Shown piece by piece: positions 37,664 through 51,696 of a stretch of 64,000 bases of DNA (its first letter is position 1; every line of letters starts with the position of its first letter). Made by a program: the position numbers and the translations under genes. The DNA comes from the human T2T-CHM13v2.0 reference genome, Homo sapiens, in assembly GCF_009914755.1 (NCBI RefSeq), contig NC_060930.1. One strand, written 5' to 3'. The notes beneath the pieces were generated by a model that had not been told where the DNA came from, searched no databases, and worked only from the letters and a program-made list of their open reading frames with translations.

Positions 37664-37949
37664 TTACAATGGCTAAGATTTGGAAGTCACCTAAGTATCC
37701 ATCAACAGATGAATGAAGAAAATGTGGCACATACACACAATGGAGTACTATTCAGCCATAAAAATCAATGAGATCCAGTCATTTGCAACAACATGGATCA
37801 AACTAGAGATCATTATGCTAAGTGAAATAAGCCAGGAACAGAAAGACAAACATCACATGTTCTCATGTATTTGTGGGAACTAATAATCAAAATAACTGAA
37901 CTCATGGCATAGAGGGTAGAAGGATGGTTACAGAGGCTGGGGAGGGTAG

Positions 37950-38560
37950 CCATCAAACTATGAAAAGACATGGGGGAACTTTAAATGCATATTCTTAAGA
38001 GCAAGAAGCCAATCTGAAAAGGCTACATAATGTATCATTCCAACTATATGATATGCTGAAAAAGGAAAAACCCTGGAAAGAGTAAAAAAATCAATGGTTG
38101 TGAGTAGTTGAAGAGAAGAAAGGATCAAAAGGTAGAGCCCACAGGATTTTTAAGGGAGTGAAACTATTCTCTGTGATACTACAAGGTTATTTTGTCATAT
38201 GTATATATATATACATATACATATATATGTATATTCATATGTATATATATATATACATATACATATATATGTATATTCATATGTATATGTGTATATATAT
38301 ATATGTATATGTATATATATACATATGTATATATTTGTCAAGTGTACAATACCAAGAATTAACTCTAACATAAACTATGAACCTTGGGTAATAGTGATGT
38401 GTCAATTGTAACAAATGTACTACTCTGGTGGAGATGTTGATCATGGGAGAGCCTGTGTACAGGGTTGGGAAGTGGCAGGGGATGTGTGGGAATATGCTGC
38501 ACTTTCCATTCAATTTTGCTATAAACCTAAAACTGTTGTTAAAAATAAAGTAATTTAAAC
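37950..38560 (+). mobile_element. L1MC/MD-type 3' end with internal TA/TG microsatellite (38197-38333)
   Basis: aagacatgggggaactttaaatgcat..gaagccaatctgaaaaggctaca signature. Confidence 0.7.
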
Positions 38561-38984
38561 AAAAAAAGTAAATAGCTTTTTTTTTCAATTCATGAATGTT
38601 TCCATTAAAAATTTACAAACAGACAAGACAGAAAAACTTCATTGTTTTTAGGAGACCCATGCTAATGAGAAAATAGGAGACATAACCAAGGTCAAATATG
38701 AAGGGTGGTATGAACCTATAAGGAAGGCAAATATCAAGAGTGAACTGACCTCAAAATGTTGAACCAAGTGATATATTCCTACAATAAAATACTATTAGCA
38801 TTAAAAAGGAATGAAGTACTACCAATACAAGCCAAAGCATGAATGACCCACAAAAATGTCATGGTAATTGAAAGAACAAAAGGCCATATATTACATCTTT
38901 CCATTTACATGAAATGTCCAGAATACACAAATCTGCACAAATCTGCAGAGACAGAAAACAGAGTAATAGTTGCCAAGGGTTTAA

Positions 38985-39226
<242 letters not shown>

Positions 39227-40792
39227 ATAGGGCATGGTGTTTCTTTATGGGATAATGAAAATGTTCTAAAAATTGACTCTAATGAGGTTTCATAACTCTG
39301 TAAATACACAAAAACTATTGAATTCTACACATTAAATGGGTGAATTTTATGGTATTTCAATTATATAGCAATATAGCTGCTAGAAAACAGTGAACTGATG
39401 TTTACATTTGCAGGTACATGAATGCACATACTACCCAGATTAAGACTAAAAAGGAATCTTAAAGCTGTGTTCAAATCAGGAAATGAATAAAAGAACTAAT
39501 TCCTTATTTAACACTTATTTTTTGCCAGGAACTGTGCTGGGTGATTTGTCTTACTCAAGTCCCTTTCATACCATTCTAGATAGGTAACATTTACTCTATT
39601 TTCGAAATAGAAACTGTCAAAATATTTGCCAGAGAACATACAGCTAGTTAGAGAAAGTCATTGCAAGCTGGAAATCCAACTCCATTCTATTCTCTAAGCT
39701 CTCCTGCCTCCCAAAAAGAATAGTCCCATTTCTTGGGGTATATGGATTTATGCTAACAGAGGACAAAATATTAATTAAAATGAATGCTTAGGTTGCAGGC
39801 AAAGATAAAGTCTGTGTTCTCTCACATAGTCTAGATTATAAACTGTGTAAGAGTAGAAGCCATGATGGCTTTATTCTCCTCTATATGTCTAGTTTCTAAT
39901 AAATATCAATAAAATCTGTTCAATTAAATAAGTGAGAAAATATGAAACCACTGAAGCATAATTAACAAGAAGGAACCAATGACTTTAAAATGGGCTCCCA
40001 TATTTTATAGTCAGGTTACTACTGTCTTAGGAAGTGTTGCCTCAAAGTATACTCTTCGAAGAATCATGGATATTTGAAAAACTTTCATAGCACTTGAAGC
40101 AAATAAATGAATAATTTTTCCTTTGGAAAACACCTACAGACCAAGAAAATTTGAACTGAATTTCTGAGCAACTTTGGGATTCAAAGAACTGACCGTTAGA
40201 AAACAAGATAACATCCCTATGTCCAATGATTGACCAAATGGCCTCTTCAGCTCTGATGGCTTATACAAATCTTCTCCTTAGGTATCCAAATCAGCTAACT
40301 CCTAACTTTAAGAATATGATGGTGCTAATGGACCACCCCAAGGGCATGTGCCCTTGAGTTTTTTCATAGACAATGAATTATTGACACTTTGCAGTTCCCC
40401 ACTTACTCTAATGCTCTCATGCCCATACCACACAACTGATAAAGAAGCCGGAGTTAAGAAGACAGTTTCCCAGCCCACTGAAACCTCAATCTTTGGGAGA
40501 CACAGAAAAGAACCTCTGTTTCTAACCTGCCAAATAAACCAATCTGAAGGGTTTATTGAAGAAGTTCAACCTTGTAATATCCTATGATTCACTTCTGACA
40601 CCTAAGAGTCCACAATAAAGTCAAAAGAAATTCAGTAGCATTTTTAAATTACACGTAAAAAACCTTTTAGCTCATGAATTTTATCCCAATGCCACATGTT
40701 AAAAAATTTTAATATTGGTACATTTTTCTTATGTTTCCTCTCAAGATACAAAAATCTTTTTGTTTTGTCCTTTTTTTTTTTTTTATAAATAC

Positions 40793-40846
40793 CTTGAAAC
40801 CGGGACTACCCATTAATCCATCCTTTCCATGTCTTCCTGGTTCTCC
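40793..40846 (-). CDS. COL21A1: Collagen alpha-1(XXI) exon, 54 bp, GEPGRHGKDGLMGSPGFK
   Basis: ttttttag|GGAGAA...TTCAAG|gtattt; 123-bp upstream intron. Confidence 0.96.
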
Positions 40847-40969
40847 CTAAAAAATAAATACATATGCTTTAATATATTTTTGCACTAATTTTTTCTCTTT
40901 AAAGACAGATACTATAAGATAGATTTTATTTAAAGCAAAATACTAAGAGCTTTTTTCTATCAAACTCAC

Positions 40970-41023
40970 AGCAGGTCCAGGGAGGCCAGGGAAGCCAGCA
41001 TTCCCCTTTTCACCTTTTGCACC
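40970..41023 (-). CDS. COL21A1: Collagen alpha-1(XXI) exon, 54 bp, GAKGEKGNAGFPGLPGPA
   Basis: atacag|GGTGCA...CCTGCT|gtgagt. Confidence 0.96.
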
Positions 41024-41317
41024 CTGTATCGAAAACAAACACTTAAAACACAATCTTTACAATAATGTTTTCAAGTTCCAACCAAAACTTAAATAGAAAA
41101 GCTACTAAGTTAACATCATTATGTAGTAAAAACTCATGGAACTACAACTCATGTTGACTCTGCAAAGCACTATTTTACCAACCCAGTGGATGCAATATCA
41201 AGACATTAAAAATGTTGATAGATGCAGAATTATCATTACAAGCATCTAAACATAGAAATAACATCTTGGCAAAATTAAAAAGCAATGGGTATTTTAAATA
41301 TTCTTCCCTCAGTGTGA

Positions 41318-41679
<362 letters not shown>

Positions 41680-41743
41680 TTCAGTGGACACGGTTTTTAA
41701 GCAGCTACTGCTTCCTAAGGAATCTCTCACTGTAAATCTGTAA

Positions 41744-42052
<309 letters not shown>

Positions 42053-42300
42053 TGTAAATCTTTTAAAAGCTCAGAATGATCAACAATACAACATAATCTT
42101 ATAGGATACCATACATAGCAGTCTGCAGTCACCAGCTCTTTTTTTCTTTTTTTTCTTTTTTCATTGTTCTGAATTAATCCCCTAAGAAGGGTGAACAGAG
42201 CTAACTGTTCTAATGCTGGGTTAGAACTGCAATTCTAGTTTTCTGTTTCCATTACATTAAAAGTTCAATATGAATACTTTGTTGTGTGATCTATACTTCC

Positions 42301-42354
42301 CTTTTTGCCATAAAATCCAGGTGATCCTTTGTCTCCTTTGGCACCCATTTCACC
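42301..42354 (-). CDS. COL21A1: Collagen alpha-1(XXI) exon, 54 bp, GEMGAKGDKGSPGFYGKK
   Basis: tcttttag|GGTGAA...AAAAAG|ggaagtat; in-frame end is followed by GG, not GT. Confidence 0.93.
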
Positions 42355-42829
42355 CTAAAAGACAAAATATAAATAGTGAATATTTAAGAAATATGAATAT
42401 TTTTCTTATAAAGAAAAAATACAGATTATAAGCAAAAGAGTTTAATATGCCAAAAGCAAAACAAAATAGAAATAAAATAATTTAAAGTTTGCTTTAAAAG
42501 GCCCTCATTTCCAGGCTTTATAAAGAAAAATTTAAAAAATAACATTTAGTGCTATAACAAGGCTTATAGTTTAAGGCCTATATTTAAGAAAACTTGTATA
42601 CAGTATAACATCAATTTTTAAATACTATAAAATCATATATTTATAACTGGAAACTTTAAAGGGAATTTTGTAAAGTTTTATATAAACTAATATTAATCTT
42701 AGCCCATTGTTTACTTTATCTCTAATTATATATGAACATTTATTTATAACATATTTGTAATATAAAAGTACTTTATATTTGAATTAAAAAATGGCTTTGC
42801 TATATTTAAAAGAAACAGATTTCTTCAAC

Positions 42830-42883
42830 CTTTGATCCTGGCATGCCATGAAGCCCAGGAAAACCAGGAAGTCCACGATCACC
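42830..42883 (-). CDS. COL21A1: Collagen alpha-1(XXI) exon, 54 bp, GDRGLPGFPGLHGMPGSK
   Basis: ttttcag|GGTGAT...TCAAAG|gttgaa (weak donor). Confidence 0.96.
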
Positions 42884-44874
42884 CTGAAAATAAAACTGAA
42901 ATTAATTACAAAGAAAAACCATTCCAGCCTAAACAATATCATCATCTATTCTTCAACCTCACCCTTGTCAAAATCCACTTCAAATCTATCTGCAAACAGT
43001 TAATTTCATATCAGCATTCAATTATCTCTATGAAAAATTATCCCTACTTTTCAGGGTTTCATTTATAATCAGAGAAGATAAGTATTTTGGAGCTAAGAAA
43101 ATCTCACTAGCAATCCTGACTCCACCCTTAGTTAGCCACCACCTATTCTGAAAAAGTCTTAGGCTTTTACAGGGGCAAGACACATGAATTAATTGAAATG
43201 ATCTAATCCCAACACACTCAGGAAACAGTTAACCTCTGAGGTCCAATCCAGCTCAGTAATGAAAGGCCCTAAGCATAAAGTCTAAACACAGACTAGGATT
43301 CTGTGGAATTTTTAAAAATTGCTTATCTTACTAATTACTCATAGAAGGTATCTGTTCATATGTGTCTATGAACATGAAGGCCATAAGTTTTCTCCAAAAG
43401 AGAAAAGACGAAGAAAAGTCATAACAACTTGTTATTTAGTAGATATAAGTTTAGTACTTAGTTCAGTGGGATATGTTGGATGATACTGCTTTAGCTTCAA
43501 AATCTTAATTGTGGAGACATAGTAAATAAAGAACCAATGACTTTCATGGCAAAATTTGGGTCAGATTCACTTTTATCTAGACAAATTAAGATTACACACA
43601 AGCAATCAATTATACTCCTAGCTTGTCTGGTAGACATATTAAAGATTATATCATCTGTGACTGATATAATTTTTATAAAAGTTATTGATTCATATGATTT
43701 AAAGAGTGATATATTTATTCAAGGCTTATAGAACCCTCCAAAGGCAACTCTTTTTATTCCAAAGCTCCACATCTCTTTGAGTTCAAATCACCAAACCATT
43801 GGTTATAGCTACATTTTCCATTTTCTTCATTATCTACTGACTTCCCACCATGAATGCAGAGGATTAATCTCTCATAGCATCCAACACCTCCTCCCCATCT
43901 CCACTTCTAACAGACAAAAATCCCCTTAACCCTCAATTACAGCTTTGGTTAAATCAGTAGTCAGGGTTTATTTTGTTAAGACTTGCAGATAAGCTATAAA
44001 TATATTCTCATTACTTGCCTTTTCTTGCCCAAATGTTTATCTTTCCTGGAGTCAAATATGGCCATTTTAATCGTTTAGTTTCCTATAAACTGATTGTTAT
44101 ATTGAACTCCAAAATCTTTCCAACTGTCAAAATCACTTCTGATTGTATTCATTTGCATTGAAAATTTTTCTTTAATAAATATCTCCTAGACCTGTCTCAT
44201 TTCAGTATGAATTTGATGTTCTTTATTTCTGAGTTCATTATCTTGTTTAGGGGAATATAATATCCAATGGCTTCCTGAGAAGGAATACACGGGAGATTAC
44301 TTTCTGATACCTTAAATCTCTGAAAATGTCCTTATTCTATTCATTTATATAATTGATGATAATTTAGAATTTTTAAATCAGACGTTTGAAGGCTCTGCTT
44401 CACTCAGTTCTTGAGTTCAATGTCACTAATAAGACGTGTGAAGTCTGATTCCTGAACATTTGTATGTAGCCTTTTGTTTCTTGTGTGTTTTTTGGAGCCT
44501 GGAGTGGGAGGGTAGGGATGGTAGGACTGGTGCAGTTTTTTCCCAAAGAAGCTTGCAGATCTTCCTCTTGTTTCCAGTGTCTTGAAGTATTATGCTATTA
44601 TACACTGGTGTGGTCTATAATCATCCATTATGCTAGGTACTTTATAGGCCTTTTCATCTATAGAGAACTCATGCCCATAAACGTGGACATCCCAGACTAC
44701 ACTTCCAAGCTCCATCCCCATCCATACGTCACATAAACAGGCTCCTCTCAGCCACCTGTAAGCATAGGGGTGGACACACAATTGTGCTGGAAGGTCTTTA
44801 GGAAGACAAAGGCAGGAAAGGGGACGGCAAACCCTGGAAATGGGATTGGGGTAGATTGTTCAGGGACTGTCAGA

Positions 44875-45044
44875 ATCTAAGATCCAGAATGTGTTTTTTG
44901 TTTGCTTGTTTTTGGTTAAGCTCAATGGTGTGATGGAATGTGTTCTTCAGGTTCTGAAGACTCCTCACTCAACACTGAGGAACACAGCTGAAGCAGGGTG
45001 TAGCAGGGGTTCTGCCTCCCTGAAAGCATTCATGACAGGGTTTT
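44875..45044 (+). repeat. 170-bp dispersed direct repeat, copy A
   Basis: 165/170 identical to 46741-46910. Confidence 0.95.
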
Positions 45045-45384
45045 TTCAAGTCTTCCTCTCCCTGTCTTGTATCAGTTTCTTCCAAGACTTTCTGTTTGTT
45101 GATCTTTAACGTTCCTGTGATATTTGGTGATTCTTTATTGTCAGCTCATATGGAAGGTGATAGGAGAATCTCTCCGTGGGCAGAGTTCAATGACTCTGAA
45201 CTTCACTGTAATGTGGTCTGGCTGTGCCATTTCATTGGATGCTGTTCTAGATGTCAGTAGACTTCCCATACAAGGATCTTCTATGTCTCTAGTTTATAGG
45301 ACTGGCTGACCGCATTCTGGAGGCCACGTAGAGAAAGAGGAGAAGGAGGTCGCCACATGAGTAAACTATCACCAATTCCCATTG

Positions 45385-45688
45385 TTTTTGTTCTGTTTTG
45401 TTTTTTGAGATGGAGTTTCGCTCTTTCGCCCAGGCTGGAGTGAAGTGGTGTGATCGCGGCTCACTGCAACCTCTGCCCCCCAGGCTCAGGTGATTCTCCT
45501 GCCTCAGCCTCCTGAGTAGCCGGGATTACAGGTACCCACCACCATGCCTGGCTAATTTTTGTATTTTTAGTAGAGACAGGGTTTCACCCTGTTGGCCATG
45601 GTGGTCTCAAACTCCTGACCTCAGGTGATCTACCTGCCTCGGCCTCCCAAAGTGCTAGGATTACAGGCATGAGCCACCATGCTCAGCC
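45385..45688 (-). mobile_element. AluS
   Basis: Antisense full dimer. Confidence 0.94.
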
Positions 45689-46350
45689 TACTCCTATTGT
45701 TTTAATTTTAGTACAACTCTCCCTCTTCTCCCCAGGCTAGAGACCCTCAGCTTTCTCTTCTCCAGAAAATAAACTTTCGTGTTTCTGCTACGGTGGAGGA
45801 CAGATTCACTTGGCTACACAGAGTTGAGGAAGGGATAGTGGGATTTAACTCTTCTTAAATGGACATTCAGTCATGTTTGCATTTTTAGCTCTGCTTTCAC
45901 CTCCACTTTAGAAACATTGATATTATCATTTCCGGAACCTGTGGAGTATCTGTGCATATGTGTGCATGTGTACATATAAGTGTGTGTGTGTACTGGCAAA
46001 AGGGGGGCCTCTGTTATATAAATCAGATCTCTTCTAATTTTAGGATTCAGCTTCCCAGTATCCTAGAATGCAGATAATACAGTAACTGGTGATATAACCT
46101 TGACTTTATAAGCGACAGCAACACTCAGAGAGACTAGAGCAACAAGAGGGAAAAACACAAGTGCCTGAATGACTTTGTAGACAACCAATTATATGAGAAA
46201 AATAAACTTCTTTCTCATTTAAACTACTGCATTTGGTCTATTTGTTATAGATCTTTGCCACCCACCTAACAAATACAAAGAATAACTATGTTTCCAGTCT
46301 AAAAGGAATCATATTTTTTAGCTTATACTAAATGTCTTTCTCAAGAATAA

Positions 46351-46405
46351 TTGCTTCCTCTGTCACGTGCGTGCGTGTGTGTGTGTTGCTTCCTCTGTCA
46401 CGTGC

Positions 46406-46479
<74 letters not shown>

Positions 46480-46480
46480 A
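46351..46480. repeat. 35-bp tandem duplication + (TG)n(AG)n(ACAG)n compound microsatellite
   Basis: ttgcttcctctgtcacgtgcgtgcgtgtg x2, then TG and AG runs. Confidence 0.95.
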
Positions 46481-46740
46481 AGATAGGTAGGGAGAGAAAA
46501 GACCCAATAAAAGCCTATAACACCCTAGAACGAATTATTCCCCAAATTCAACAATTTACCCAAACAGAGGACAAAAGAAAAAATAAATTTTAGGGGAAGA
46601 CCAAATGACACAAGAAAACTGGGTATTCTTTCCCCTACCATATGAACTCCTAATACAAGAACCTAACCCAAACTACCTTTTGAATATATATATTCAAAGT
46701 GTGTGTGTGTGTGTTTGTGTGTGTCATTCAGAAATTTTAT

Positions 46741-46910
46741 ATCTAAGATCCAGAATGTGTTTTTTGTTTGCTTGTTTTTGGTTAAGCTCAATGGTGTGGT
46801 GGAATGTGTTCTTCAGGTTCTGAAGATTCCTCACTCAACACTGAGGAACACAGCTGAAGCAGGGCATAGCAGGGGTTCTGCCTCCCTGAGAGCATTCATG
46901 ACAGGGTTTT
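46741..46910 (+). repeat. 170-bp dispersed direct repeat, copy B
   Basis: 165/170 identical to 44875-45044. Confidence 0.95.
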
Positions 46911-49375
46911 ATATATATATATATATATAATTTCAAATTACATATTTATAATTTAAAATTTGAAATTAAAATTTCAAATTATATACATGTATATTATATA
47001 TATATATTTCCCTTTTGCTTGGAGCAGGAATGGGCAGAGTTCTGAGAGAGAGAAAGAGGACTGGAGTTAAGAAAACAATCTGAGTTGACTCTTTAGAAAA
47101 CACTACATTGAGATAACCAGTTAAAGGTAGAGCTAGACTAAGATATACTATTAATAAGATGGAATTTAGCTGGGTAATGAATGCTTAATAAAACTATAGA
47201 AGAAAGAGGTAAGCTGAGATTCCCTATTAAGGCTGAACAAAGTCCAAGCTATGACTTCCATTCTCTGGCTATAGGTTATAAAAGACATAATATCCAAACT
47301 TTCTTTTATTGGAGATGGCAAACAGATCTCAGATGAAGTAGGAAGACTAGGAACATCCACTCATGTTGGGACAGAAAAAAATACGAGGTCTGGACAAAGC
47401 TACTCTTATGTGCCGAAGGAAGATTTTTAAGTATAATAAAAAGGTGTAGTATTCATGTTAACATAAATCAGTGTGAGAGAGAGAGAAAGAAGGAGAGAGC
47501 GAGCAGCAACAAGTTGTCAGCAAAACTGTTGGGGAATATTGAAACAGTATGTACAAAATATGGAACACAAAAAAGTATGGCTCAAACACATTATACTCAA
47601 TCAAGTTATTTATAAGGTTTAACAGCAATGGATAGCAAAGAAGAGATAAAGTTGGGCCAAAGCCTATCCAGGATGGGCATGTAACATAAAAGATAAATGG
47701 CTCCTGTGTTGGCCTCTGAGCCACTGGGTCATTTGTTACTATAATGCAGCTTAGCCTAAGTTAATTAGTACAGTTGGAATATTAGAAATAGGAGGCTGCC
47801 AAAACAACAATATTAAAATGTATATATGTCATTGGCTTTGGGGACAGGTAGTGAGCAATGAAAAACAATTACTGAAGGTTGAAAAAATGGTGTCTTATGT
47901 AAAATTGTGGTGAAATAATTGATAAAAAGCCTTGCTTGTAATAACTTGCAAAGGCAAATAATGTATCAAATGAACTTATAGCTAGAGGTAAAGAACTGAG
48001 AAAACAGAATGTAAATATATATTATGAATTGACTGTTATTGGAAGTATTTGACAAGGTACTATTTTAAAAAATATATGCGCTCACAAAATAATTGGCCAG
48101 GTTGCAAGTAGTAATTAAAAGAAATAGACCAAGTGTAAAAACACTGGGATTGGGAGATACAATTGTTTTTCTCATCTCTAATGTAATGGTGAATGCTTTT
48201 AAAAAATAAAAGTCCAGTAAAACTCAGCCTCTGGGAGGGATGAAATCAAAGATGTGGCTATAAACACCATCCTTAAAAATCTCTGAGTCCATTAAGGGGA
48301 GGTTCAATAAATCCTGTCAAGCTGGACAGTGTGATGCATGAAAAGTAAACAAAGAGTGTAGTGGATGCCTGATTAATTTAGGTCACCCATTATTAAGTGT
48401 AGAGAAGGAGATGTGATTGAAACAAGATTGTGGATGCTGCTATTGGCTGGAATCAAAAGTCAAAAACATAAAATTGCAAATACACACACACACGTATACA
48501 TATACTATATGCTGTTGAGAGAGTTATTATATAATACCACAGGAACCACCAACCTGAACTAAAAGAGACTCTGCCTGTTGGAGACTTAACATGAAAACAA
48601 AGTTACCCTGTATTTGCACTATTTTTAATACTTTTTCTGGACTACCAACAAATTTAGACAAATATAGAAATAAGGCTAAAAATAAAAGGAAGAAAAATTA
48701 TTTTTAAGATTATACCTCTAATATGTCAATAGATCTAATAACCTAAATGAGTAAGAGAAATGAATTCACTTGGTGCTTTAAAAATATAAAAAATAAATAG
48801 CTTTTTATATATATAATATAACCAATATAAAATATATTTTTAAAGGGCTCCATTTATTATAAAAACAAAAGAGATAAAAAATTTTTAGGTTAAAATAAAA
48901 TTGGATAATGTTTGGGACTAATATCAAAAAATTCAAGATTGAAGTAAAAAGAAAAATAAGCCATAATCTTGAATAGCAATTGGAGAGATGTCAATGCTTC
49001 TAAAACTAATCCATATGTGCAAAGGGATCCTAACTGAAATGTGAATAGCAATTTCTAAAAAATTGAAGGAAAGATACTGAGCTTTATCTGGAAAAATAAG
49101 TATTCAAAAGTAGCCAGGAAATTTTGATTATAAAGAATAATGAGGAAGGATTAGCCCTGCCAATATTAAGTCAGATCATGAAGTGACAATAATTAAAACA
49201 ATTCTGCAATGGAGAAGATGTAGACAGGTCAATGAAACAGAATGTAAAGCCAAAACACCAGGCCCAAATGAAAGTGGAAATTTAATGGAAATAAATGGAG
49301 AAAAAAGTGGTATTCCATGAATACTATGGCAACTGGCTCTTTATTTAGAAAAATGATTTCATAAAATAAGAATGC

Positions 49376-51696
49376 TGGTATGGTTTGGCTGTGTCCCCAC
49401 CCAAATCTCATTTTGAATTGTACCTCCCACAATTCCCACTTGTCATGGGAGGAACCCAGTGGGAGGTAATTGAATCATAGGGGCGGGTCTTTCACGTGCT
49501 GCTCTCATGATAGTGAATATGTCTCATAAGATCTGATGGTTTTAAAAATGCGAGTTTCCCTCCACAAGCTGGCTGTTTTCCTGCTGCCATTCATGTAAGA
49601 CTTGACTTGCTCCTCCTTGCCCTCCACCATGATTGTGAGGCCTCCCCAGCCACATGAAACTGTCAGTCCATTAAACCTCTTTCTTTTGTAAATTGCCCAG
49701 TCTCAGCTATGTCTTTATCAGCAGTGTGAAAATGAACTAATCCATTAATTGGTACCAGTAGAGTAGGGTGCTGCTGAAAAGATAACCAAAAATGTGGAAG
49801 CAACTTTGGAACTGGGTAACCGGCAGAGGTTGGAACAGTTTGGAGGGCTCAGAAGAACACAGAAAAATGTGAGAAAGTTTTGAACTCCCCAGAGACTTGT
49901 TGAATGGCTTTGACCAAAATGCTGACAATGACATGGACAATGAAACCCAGGTTCAGGTGATCTCAGATGGAGATGAGAAACTTGTTGGGAACTGGAGTAA
50001 AAGCAACTCTTGTTATGTTTTAGTAAAGAGACTGGTGGCATTTTTCCCCTGCCCTAAAGATTTGTAGAACTTTGAGATTATTTAGAGTATCTGGCAGAAG
50101 AAATTTCTAAGGAGCAAGGCATTCAAGAGGTAACTTGGGTGCTGTTAAAGGCATTCAATTTTATAAATGAAGTAGAGTATAAAATTTGGAAAATTTGCAG
50201 CCTGATAATGTGATAGAAAAGAAAATCCCATTTTCTGCGGAGAAATTTAAGCCGGCTGCAGGAATTTGCATAAGTAACAAGCAGCTGAATGTTAATCTCC
50301 AACAAAATGGCAAAAATGTCTTCAGGGCATGTCAGAGGTCTTCATGGCAGCCCCTCCCATCACAGGCCTGGAGGCCTATGAGGAAAAAATGTTTTCATGG
50401 GCCAGAGCCAGGGCCCCCTTGCTCTGTGCAGCCTAGGGACTTGGTACCCTACGTTCTAGCCACTCCAGCCATGGCTAAAAGGGACCAAGGTACAGCATGA
50501 GCCATTGCTTCAGAGGGTGCAGGCCCCAAGCCTTGGCAGCTTCCATGTGGTGTTGACACTGCAGATGCACAGAAGTCAAGAACTGAGGTTTGGGAACCTC
50601 CACCTAGACTTCAGAGGATGTATGGAAATGCCTGGATGCCCAGGCAGAAATTTGCTGCAGGGGCAGGGTCCTGGTGGAAAACCTCTGCTTGGGCAGTGAG
50701 GAAGGGAAATGTGGGGTTGGAGCCCCCAGAGTCCCTACTGGGGTACTGCCTAGCAGAGCTGTGAGAAGAAGGTCACAGTCCTCCAAACCCCAGAATGGTA
50801 TATCTACCGATAGCTTGCACCATGCACCTGGAAAAACCACAGACACTCAATGCCAGACTGTGAAAGCAATCGAGAGGGAGGCTGTACCCTGCAAAGCTAC
50901 AGAAGCAGAGCTGCCCAAGACCATGGGAACCCCCTTCTTGCATCAGCATGACCTGGATGTAAGACATGGAGTAAAAGGAGAGCATTTTGGAGCTTTAAGA
51001 TTTGACTGCACCGCTGGATTTCAGACTTGCATAGGGCCTTTACCTCCTTCGTTTTGGTCAATTTCTCCCATTCGGAATGGGAGTATTTATCCAATGCCTG
51101 TACCCCTATTTTATCTAGGAAATAATTAAGTTGCTTTTGATTTTACTGGCTCATAAGTGGAAAGGACTTGCCTTGTCTCAAATGAGACTTTGGACTATGG
51201 ACTTTCAAGTTAATGCTGAAATGATTTAAGACTTTGGGGTACTGTTGGGAAGGCATGATTGGTTTTGAAATGTGAAGACATAAGATTTGGGAGGGAACAG
51301 GAGTGGAATGATATGGTTTGGCTATGTCCCCACCCAAATCTCAAATTGAATTGTAACTTCCATAATTCCCACTTGTGGGAGGAACCCAACGGGAGGCAAT
51401 TGAATCATGGGGTGGGTCTTTCCTGTGCTGTTCACATGATAGTGAATAAGTCTCGTGAGATCTGATCGTTTTAAAAATGGGAGTTTCCCTGCACAAGCTC
51501 TTTCTCTTTGCCTGCTGCCATCCATGTAAGACATGACTTGCTCCTCCTTGCCTTCCACCATGATTGTGAGGCCCCCTCCCATGATTGTGAGGCCTCCCCA
51601 GTCACATGGAACTTTAAGTCCATTAAACCTCTTTCTTTTGTAAATTGCCCAGTCTCAGGTATGTCTTTATTGTATTAGTGGAAACACACTAATACA
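49376..51696 (+). mobile_element. Complete THE1 (B/C-like) MaLR: LTR 49376-49744, internal, LTR 51309-51696
   Basis: tg(g/a)tatggtttggct..ccccacccaaatctca LTRs; 5-bp TSD aatgc on both sides. Confidence 0.95.

Noticed and set aside
42297-42354. 58-nt exon using GTATAG as the normal donor
   Set aside because: Breaks the Gly-X-Y frame with the next exon; kept only as a possible minor NMD isoform.
50186-51129. ORFs in THE1 internal region
   Set aside because: Broken MaLR internal ORF remnants.
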